Shown here: piece by piece, positions 55,778-62,099 of the stretch | How positions within the stretch are numbered: the stretch's first letter is position 1 | How the letters are laid out: every line of letters starts with the position of its first letter | Origin: Clostridia bacterium | Lineage (GTDB): Bacteria; Bacillota; Clostridia; Oscillospirales; QAKW01 | DNA length: 64,000 nucleotides | Direction: 5' to 3' | Assembly (NCBI GenBank): GCA_017440465.1 | Contig: JAFSHF010000031.1 | Coordinates: 6,064 to 70,063, forward strand | Program-made: the position numbers and the translations under genes | Notes under the pieces: model-generated | Database searches by the model: none | What the model was told of the DNA's origin: nothing | Seen by the model: the letters and a program-made list of their open reading frames with translations, nothing else

Positions 55778-55980
55778 GTACCAAATGAATTGGGAGGTAC
55801 CAAATGATTTGTTAGGAAGGCGAATAAATGAATTATGCATAGAGCGTACCAAAAGAATTGGTACGGAAACATACAAATGATTTGTATATACCCCAAATGA
55901 ATTGGGGGGGGTACCAAATGAATTGTATATACCCCAAATGAATTGGGGGGACCAAATGATTTGTTAGGAAGGTGCACAAA
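55778..55980. repeat. CAAWTGAWTTG palindrome array, locus 3 (9-10 cores)
   Basis: GTACCAAATGAATTGGGA, CATACAAATGATTTGTAT, ACCCCAAATGAATTGGGGGG (twice), GTACCAAAAGAATTGGTAC and others. Confidence 0.8.
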
Positions 55981-56168
55981 TTCGACCTCTACATGTTATT
56001 TATAATTCGTCTGCGAGGCAGACACCGAAATTATTCATTATTCATCAGCGTAAGCGACTTCATTATTCATTGAAAATTCTGTCGAATGAATGATGAATAT
56101 TGAATAATGAAAAATGAATAATACAAAACAAAAATCCCATCGACTTGCAGTCGACAGGATTTTCGTTT

Positions 56169-56256
56169 TGGCGGAGGAGAAGGGATTCGAACCCTTGTGC
56201 CTTTTGGGCAAACGGTTTTCAAGACCGCCTCGTTATGACCACTTCGATACTCCTCC
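56169..56256 (-). tRNA. tRNA-Ser (anticodon UGA) with encoded CCA
   Basis: Hand-folded: acceptor GGAGGAG/CTCCTCC, anticodon stem GCGGT/ACCGT with loop CTTGAAA, long variable arm TGCC/GGCA, T-arm AAGGG-TTCGAAT-CCCTT, 3' GCCA. Confidence 0.9.
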
Positions 56257-56269
56257 GTATCGGTTTTCT

Positions 56270-56298
56270 ATTATACCCATATTTTAAAAGAATGTCAA
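56270..56298 (-). promoter_or_regulatory. tRNA-Ser promoter TTGACA-17-TATAAT
   Basis: Consensus hexamers on the minus strand; spacer counted as 17. Confidence 0.6.
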
Positions 56299-56353
56299 GG
56301 CGCAGGTAAAAAATCGTAGGGGATGGGCAAGATAACAGAAAGAGGTGAATCTT

Positions 56354-57247
56354 ATGTGCACAGCGATTTTATGGAAGCATTATTTCGGCAGGACCTTGGA
56401 TTATGAACTTTCTTTTGGGGAGCAGGTGGTTTTGGTACCGCGGCGGATGCCGCTGGAGTTTTGTATCAAGCCGCCCCTCAAAAGTCATTACGCCATCTTA
56501 GGGATGGCGTCGGTACAGCAAGGGGTGCCGCTCTTTTTTGATGGGATGAACGAGCGGGGGCTGGCGATGGCGGGGCTGCAGTTTGCAGAGTTCGCCGATT
56601 ATTCCAAAGGCGGGACCCTTGCGCCCTTTGAGCTGATTCCTTGGGTTTTGGGGCAATGCGCCGATCTGGCGCAGGCGCGGCGGCTTTTGCGTGGGCAGGA
56701 GCTTTGCGATATTTCCTTTGCGAAAGACTTGCCCAACGCACCGCTCCATTGGATGATCGCCGATGGGAGCGGCGCGCTGATCTTAGAGCCGACGGCGGAG
56801 GGGTTGCGGATGTATGAAGCCACCGAGGGGGTGATGACCAACAGCCCGCCCTATCCCTATCACAAACTGCGATACGAAGAACTGCGGCATCTTTCAGCAG
56901 AGCCTGCGCCCCATTCAGCGCGGCGGGGGCTCCAAGCGGTGGGGTTGCCGGGGGATTATTCCTCCGCCTCCCGCTTTATTCGGGCGGCATTTATCCGCGC
57001 CCATTTGCGGGGAGAGGGGGAAGGAGCCTTCTATTCTATGACCGATAACATCTCCGTTCCCCGCGGGTGCATTCGCCTGCCCCAAGGGGATGCTTTTACC
57101 CGCTATACCTGTTGTTGCGATCTTAAAGGCGGCATCTATTCCTATACCACCCATCAAACCCGCGCGCCCATCGCTTTTTCCTTTGCCGAGCGGGATTTGG
57201 ACGGCGATCAAATTTTTTGTTGCAAATTGGAAAAAACTATGATATGA
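56354..57247 (+). CDS. Choloylglycine hydrolase-family (linear amide C-N, Ntn) hydrolase
   Basis: Met-Cys N-terminus (MCTAI) giving the Cys nucleophile; start set at the ATG at 56354 with SD GAGGTG. Confidence 0.85.
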   Translation: MCTAILWKHYFGRTLDYELSFGEQVVLVPRRMPLEFCIKPPLKSHYAILGMASVQQGVPLFFDGMNERGLAMAGLQFAEFADYSKGGTLAPFELIPWVLGQCADLAQARRLLRGQELCDISFAKDLPNAPLHWMIADGSGALILEPTAEGLRMYEATEGVMTNSPPYPYHKLRYEELRHLSAEPAPHSARRGLQAVGLPGDYSSASRFIRAAFIRAHLRGEGEGAFYSMTDNISVPRGCIRLPQGDAFTRYTCCCDLKGGIYSYTTHQTRAPIAFSFAERDLDGDQIFCCKLEKTMI

Positions 57248-57256
57248 TAGAGAACA

Positions 57257-57358
57257 TCAGAGTAGATCATTATGGGTTAAGTGCTTGAAGGACGGGGAGT
57301 TGCCTTCGGGACGAAGAAAGGCGGATGCCTTTTGCCGTATGGTGATCGCATCCCGCTG
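57257..57358 (+). promoter_or_regulatory. THF (tetrahydrofolate) riboswitch
   Basis: AGAGUAGAUCAUU..GGGUUAAGUG..GACGAAG..GGUGAUCGCAUCCCGCUG resembles the THF-I consensus as I recall it; followed by an SD-sequestering hairpin ACCTCCT/AGGAGGT plus T-run; upstream of folT. Confidence 0.7.
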
Positions 57359-57420
57359 CCGAAAAAGATAGGACGATACCTCCTGATTTTCGAAGTGGAA
57401 TGAAGGAGGTATTTTTTATT

Positions 57421-57957
57421 ATGAATAGCAAAAAACTCAGATTGTTGTGCCTTACCGCGGTGATGGCGGCGGTCTATGTGGGGCTGGATTTCCTTTCGGA
57501 AAGTGCCAGCGCGGTGTTCGGCGGGTCGATGAAAATTTCGCTGAGCGGCTTGCCGGTGGTCATCGTTGCCATCGTTGCAGGGCCCCTTTGGGGCGCGGTG
57601 ACGGGATTTATCGGCGAGCTTGTTGTCCAATTATGGATCTATGGGCTGATGCCGACCACCCTGCTTTGGGTATTGCCCGCGATGGCGCGGGGGCTTGTGA
57701 TGGGCTGGTTGTTCCGCGCTTTTAAAAAGAGCACCCATCCTGCCATCCTTGCGGTGGAAACGGTGCTTTCTTCGGTGGTGGTGACGCTGCTCAATACCGT
57801 CGGCATCCTGATCGACCAGACCATCTACGGCTATTCCACCTATATTGCCACTTTGGTCAAGATCCCCCTGCGGATCGCCACCGGCGCGGTCTCCGCCATC
57901 ATTTTTGCGTTGATCCTGCCGATCGTTCTGCGGTCGTTGAAAAAGTACATCAGATGA
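57421..57957 (+). CDS. folT: Folate-family ECF transporter S component
   Basis: About 6-TM, 178-aa protein behind the THF riboswitch; start at the ATG at 57421, inside track ORF 57400..57957. Confidence 0.8.
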   Translation: MNSKKLRLLCLTAVMAAVYVGLDFLSESASAVFGGSMKISLSGLPVVIVAIVAGPLWGAVTGFIGELVVQLWIYGLMPTTLLWVLPAMARGLVMGWLFRAFKKSTHPAILAVETVLSSVVVTLLNTVGILIDQTIYGYSTYIATLVKIPLRIATGAVSAIIFALILPIVLRSLKKYIR

Positions 57958-58028
57958 CAAAAATCTCTTAAAAGCGAAACTTGCAATAAAACAGCAGAAA
58001 AAATAATTATTCTTCTGCCCGTAAAAAA

Positions 58029-58066
58029 GCACCACAGACTCATTTTTGAATCTGTGGTGCTTTTTT
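58029..58066 (+). terminator. Intrinsic terminator of folT
   Basis: GCACCACAGA/TCTGTGGTGC stem plus T6. Confidence 0.8.
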
Positions 58067-58071
58067 GTTTA

Positions 58072-58240
58072 GTGAAGTATTTTGCCGAAAGCAAAATGTG
58101 AAGTTATGGCTTTCGCCATAGTGAAGTTTTGCTCTACGCAAAGTGAAGTTAAGTTTGCTCACTACGCCGATAGGTGTAACTTCACTACGAAGGAACTTCA
58201 CTGCCATCGGCAACTTCACTTGCCCGTAAGGGCAAACTTA
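58072..58240. repeat. GTGAAGTT / AACTTCAC foldback array B
   Basis: GTGAAGT(T) at 58072, 58098, 58121 and 58143. AACTTCAC at 58178, 58194 and 58212, plus a degenerate AACTTA. The last unit TTGCCCGTAAGGGCAA parallels TTGCCCATCGGGCAA in array A. Confidence 0.8.
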
Positions 58241-58293
58241 GTCTTAGCGTGATTTGTCCGTTAAGGACATCACGCTAACGATCGAGAGATTTT

Positions 58294-59001
58294 TTAATCA
58301 TCCAACTTGGGTTTTGTTAAATTAAAGTGCCCGCTTTCCACCATCGAGATGGCGTTGGTGCCGCAGACAACGACATGGTCCAGCAGGGCGATCCCGCCGG
58401 TCAGCAGGGTGGCGCGGGCGGTGCTTGTGACCGAAATATCCTCCAGCGAGGGGGTGGCGTCGGTAAAATGGTTGTGCGCTAACACCACATAGCGGCAACC
58501 TCTCTTTTTCGCCTCTTGCAACAGGGTGGGCGCGTGGAGATGAACGGTGTTATTATATCCTTGGCCGATGGGTGCGTAGTCGATCAACTGCTTGGTCTCG
58601 TCCAGAAAAGCGGCGAGGATACATTCGTTCTTATACCCGATAAAGCGGGGAATAAAGAAGGAAATGCATTGCTCTGGATTCATCAGCCGCGGTTTCGGGT
58701 CCGCCAACTGCTCATAATAGCGGCGGGTGATATCGGGGAGCATCGAAAGGAAGAAGGCGGTGGTGGGCCCCACTAAGTTGACCCGCTCCAGCTTTTCTTC
58801 GCCCGCCTCCAAAACACCGCGCAGGCTGCCGAATTGCTCGATCAGCCGATGGGCGATGGGGTTGGTATCTTTTTGCAGGATGGTATAACCCAAAAGAAGC
58901 TCCAAGATCTCGTGGTCAGTGAAATGATCCAATCCCGCTTCACGATAGCGCGCCCGCAACCGCTCGCGGTGGCCGGCGTGGATGGAATTTTTCGCTTCCA
59001 T
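58294..59001 (-). CDS. radC: RadC-family JAB/MPN-domain protein
   Basis: HhH N-terminus; JAMM-like HNHFTDATPSLED motif. Confidence 0.85.
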   Translation of the reverse strand: MEAKNSIHAGHRERLRARYREAGLDHFTDHEILELLLGYTILQKDTNPIAHRLIEQFGSLRGVLEAGEEKLERVNLVGPTTAFFLSMLPDITRRYYEQLADPKPRLMNPEQCISFFIPRFIGYKNECILAAFLDETKQLIDYAPIGQGYNNTVHLHAPTLLQEAKKRGCRYVVLAHNHFTDATPSLEDISVTSTARATLLTGGIALLDHVVVCGTNAISMVESGHFNLTKPKLDD

Positions 59002-59030
59002 GGGGAAACCTCCTTTTTAGTGGATTGATC

Positions 59031-59870
59031 TCATATAAACCGTATGGTACGGCGGATATAGTAGGATTTTCGTTGGCTTTTCATCAACTTGAGCTTGACC
59101 GAAAGGGTACCGTGCTTGGTGGGCAGAAGGCACTCGGCATTTTTTTCGTCGATGGGAGTAAAGGCAGGGACAGTCAGCTTCTCGCCGCAGATGGGGCAGA
59201 GCAGGGTTTTAAGTTTGGGGTCTGCCAACGCCTTTTCGGGGGTGCGGAAGGTGGGGAAGAAATCCTTGGTGCTATGCATACTATGCCATAAAATGCCGTT
59301 GAGCTCGGCATAGTTGCGCACCCCTTCCTTCAGGTCCAACGCACCCGCCACTCTTGCGGTATAGATGGCATCGTTGAAGGCGTTATGCACCTGCAGATTG
59401 GGGACGATCCCTAATTTATCCATTGCAAATTCCAGCGAAAATTGGCGATTTTCCTTGGCAATCTGATGGTTGAAGATGCCCTGCAGGTTGAAGCAGGGGG
59501 GCAGCCAATCTTCGTCCAGATCGTGCATCAAGAGGTTGTCCCGCAGCATTTGAATGTCATCGTAGCCCCAGGAGAGCAGGACGCAATCCTCCCCGCACCA
59601 TTTTTTGAAATCCTCGATGGCGGCTTTAAATTTCTTCTGCCCCTGCAGCATCTCGCGGGAGATGCCGGTCATCTTTCGGATGCGGTGGTGCAGTTTGCGG
59701 TAGAAGGTGGGGGCGATCAGCAGGTCAATGCAATCGATCGCCGCGCCCTGCGCATTCAGCTTGATGGCACCGATCTGGATGATCTCGCCCGATAGATAGA
59801 TGGGGGATTGGATCGCCGTCTCCTTGGAGAAGGGTTGATTCCATTCCATATCAAAAACAATGTAGGTCAT
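59031..59870 (-). CDS. DEDD-family 3'-5' exonuclease domain protein
   Basis: ExoI motif FDMEWN, later DD..ML and HNAFNDA motifs; C-terminal CPICG zinc-ribbon-like tail. Confidence 0.8.
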   Translation of the reverse strand: MTYIVFDMEWNQPFSKETAIQSPIYLSGEIIQIGAIKLNAQGAAIDCIDLLIAPTFYRKLHHRIRKMTGISREMLQGQKKFKAAIEDFKKWCGEDCVLLSWGYDDIQMLRDNLLMHDLDEDWLPPCFNLQGIFNHQIAKENRQFSLEFAMDKLGIVPNLQVHNAFNDAIYTARVAGALDLKEGVRNYAELNGILWHSMHSTKDFFPTFRTPEKALADPKLKTLLCPICGEKLTVPAFTPIDEKNAECLLPTKHGTLSVKLKLMKSQRKSYYIRRTIRFI

Positions 59871-59963
59871 AAAATTATATACCTTATTTTACGAATTTGG
59901 TTTTTTTCGAGACGGGATAGATCTGCAGAGCAGATTTATATCGCTGAAATCAACGCGTTGGCG

Positions 59964-60659
59964 TTATACGCTCAACGATTTGATTTCAGGATGTTCATCC
60001 ATAAACTTCAGTACGTCACTAAAACGGATATTATTCTTCATCCGCACCTGCAGGACCATATTGAGGGTGTTATCGGCGCAGGTGGTGATGCGGGAGGAAA
60101 CGATGGTGATACCAAGTTCCTTTTGCTTTTCCTTTAAAATCTTGCGGATCTCGGGGGTATCCACTAAAGTGATGCGGATCTCGCCGTTGGAATAGGCGTC
60201 GTAGCCCACGTTGAAGTGGTGCATCAGCAACTGCACGCCGATGATCAGAACGGTCATAAAGAGGCAGACCCAATATAAACCGCTTCCGCACGCCATACCC
60301 ACAGCGGCGGTCGCCCAGATGCCTGCGGCGGTGGTCAGCCCCTTGACGGTGCTGCCGTTTTTATAGATAACACCGGCACCCAGGAAGGAGATACCGGTCA
60401 CCACCTGCGCAGCAATACGCGCGGGATCGGCGCCGCGGGAGCCTTCGATCATTGCCATATCGGCAAAGCCGTATTTGGAGATGATCATAAAGAGTGCCGC
60501 CGCGCCCGCAATGATGCAGTGGGTACGGATGCCCGCTTCCTTGGAACGCTTGGTACGCTCCAGACCGATGAAGGCACCGCAAAGGGTAGCCAGCAGCATA
60601 CGCAGCAGGTAGACAAAGATGGGATATGTATGGAAAAATTCTTTGATAGAGTCAAACAT
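59964..60659 (-). CDS. MgtC/SapB-family membrane protein
   Basis: GLERTKRSKEAGIRTH motif; ACT-like C-terminus. Confidence 0.85.
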   Translation of the reverse strand: MFDSIKEFFHTYPIFVYLLRMLLATLCGAFIGLERTKRSKEAGIRTHCIIAGAAALFMIISKYGFADMAMIEGSRGADPARIAAQVVTGISFLGAGVIYKNGSTVKGLTTAAGIWATAAVGMACGSGLYWVCLFMTVLIIGVQLLMHHFNVGYDAYSNGEIRITLVDTPEIRKILKEKQKELGITIVSSRITTCADNTLNMVLQVRMKNNIRFSDVLKFMDEHPEIKSLSV

Positions 60660-60674
60660 AATTAAAATCTCCTT

Positions 60675-61379
60675 TTAGATCGAAATATCTTTCACTTCCG
60701 GATGGGTATCCAGAAAACGGACGGTATCTTCAAATCGGATCGTTTTTTGGGAGCGGATCTGCATCTGCACCTGCACCGTTCCTTCCTCGTCCGAGCGGGA
60801 ATAGCGGGCAGAGATCAGCTGAACGCCGTAGTCTTTCTGCGCTTGCCTGAGCAGTTGCCGCACCTGCGCGTTGTTTGCCACAGTGATCTTTAGGGTACGC
60901 AGCGGCATGATCTGCACCCCGCGTAAGGAGAGGATCCAATGGTTGAGCAGCAAGAGCAGGGTACACAAAATGCCCAAAAGCTCCAGCCCGCAACCGCACG
61001 CCATACCGATGGCGGCGGTCGCCCAGATGTTGGCGGCGGAGGTCATTCCGGTGATAATGTCCCCCTCGGGTCTGCTGCAGATGATGCCTGCGCAGAGAAA
61101 GCCCGAACCGTCGATGATGAACCCTGCGACCAGCGTGGGATCAAAGCCCTGCGACCAGGCGGGCAGGCCCAGATCCAAAAAGCCGTATTTGGAGATGATC
61201 ATAAAGAGCGCCGCACTGCTTGCCAAGATCGCGTGGGTACGAATGCCGGCGTCCTTGGAACGAAAGGTTCGTTCGGCACCGAGAATTACCCCGCAAAGAA
61301 GCGCGATCAGCAACCGAAGGCAATAGATCCATTGCGGCGCAAGGTCGAGATATTCAGTTAAGCCAAGCAGATCCATCAC
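60675..61379 (-). CDS. MgtC/SapB-family membrane protein (tandem paralogue)
   Basis: GAERTFRSKDAGIRTH motif; same architecture as the neighbouring gene. Confidence 0.85.
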   Translation of the reverse strand: MMDLLGLTEYLDLAPQWIYCLRLLIALLCGVILGAERTFRSKDAGIRTHAILASSAALFMIISKYGFLDLGLPAWSQGFDPTLVAGFIIDGSGFLCAGIICSRPEGDIITGMTSAANIWATAAIGMACGCGLELLGILCTLLLLLNHWILSLRGVQIMPLRTLKITVANNAQVRQLLRQAQKDYGVQLISARYSRSDEEGTVQVQMQIRSQKTIRFEDTVRFLDTHPEVKDISI

Positions 61380-61487
61380 CCCCTTAAAAAGAAGTATATA
61401 TGTTAAATATATATTATATATCGTTTTAAAGTAAATGTCAAATCCGAAAAGATTTCAAAAAAGGGTTCATATAATTTCGGAGAGGTA

Positions 61488-61516
61488 TTGAAATTTGCAA
61501 AAAAAGGGAGTATAAT
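61488..61516 (+). promoter_or_regulatory. Promoter TTGAAA-17-TATAAT
   Basis: Counted spacing; upstream of the signal-peptidase-like gene. Confidence 0.5.
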
Positions 61517-61570
61517 GTATGTCCTATTAATATATATTTTTTTATTTATTATTATTAAGGAGGCGCAGAG

Positions 61571-62098
61571 ATGAAAGCGGGAAGCAAACATTTGAAGAAA
61601 AATGCAAAGCTGCAGGCGCAATGGCTGCGCTCCACAGGGCTGATCATCGTGGTGGTCCTTTTGGCAACCTCGTTGCTTTTAAATCTATTCCAAATGGTAT
61701 TTCCGGTGGTGAAATATTATGGAACCGGAATGGAACCTTCCTTAAAGGACGGGCAGATCCTTATTGTAAACAAATTGGCAAAGATCAAAAAAGGAGATAT
61801 CGTTGCATTCTATTTCAATAATAAAGTGTTGGTCCGCCGAGTGATTGCGGCGGAAGGAGACGAAGTCTCCATCGATATGTTCGGGGCGGTTTCGGTCAAC
61901 GGCAAGGTGCTGGAAGAGCCCTACGCGTCCGAAAAGACCTTGGGTCAATGCAATTTGAAGTTTCCCTATACCGTTCCTGCCCACCATTATTTTGTTCTGG
62001 GGGATCAGCGGCAGGTGGCGATGGACAGCCGATTAAAAGAGATCGGCTCGGTGGATCGGGATCGAATGATCGGAAAGGTATTCTTCACATTAAACTGA
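61571..62098 (+). CDS. S26 signal peptidase I homologue lacking both catalytic residues (pseudo-peptidase)
   Basis: Box B reads GTGMEPSL (Gly where the Ser nucleophile is expected, codon 61727-29). Box D reads VRRVIA (Arg at the Lys/His position, codon 61835-37). Box E GDQRQVAMDSR is retained. Confidence 0.85.
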   Translation: MKAGSKHLKKNAKLQAQWLRSTGLIIVVVLLATSLLLNLFQMVFPVVKYYGTGMEPSLKDGQILIVNKLAKIKKGDIVAFYFNNKVLVRRVIAAEGDEVSIDMFGAVSVNGKVLEEPYASEKTLGQCNLKFPYTVPAHHYFVLGDQRQVAMDSRLKEIGSVDRDRMIGKVFFTLN

Positions 62099-62099
62099 C

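Noticed and set aside
55981-56168. AT-rich ATTCATT-repeat stretch as a possible small gene or regulatory RNA
   Set aside because: It has no ORF or promoter that I could support. It contains one imperfect inverted repeat and the tRNA-Ser terminator, so I left it unannotated.
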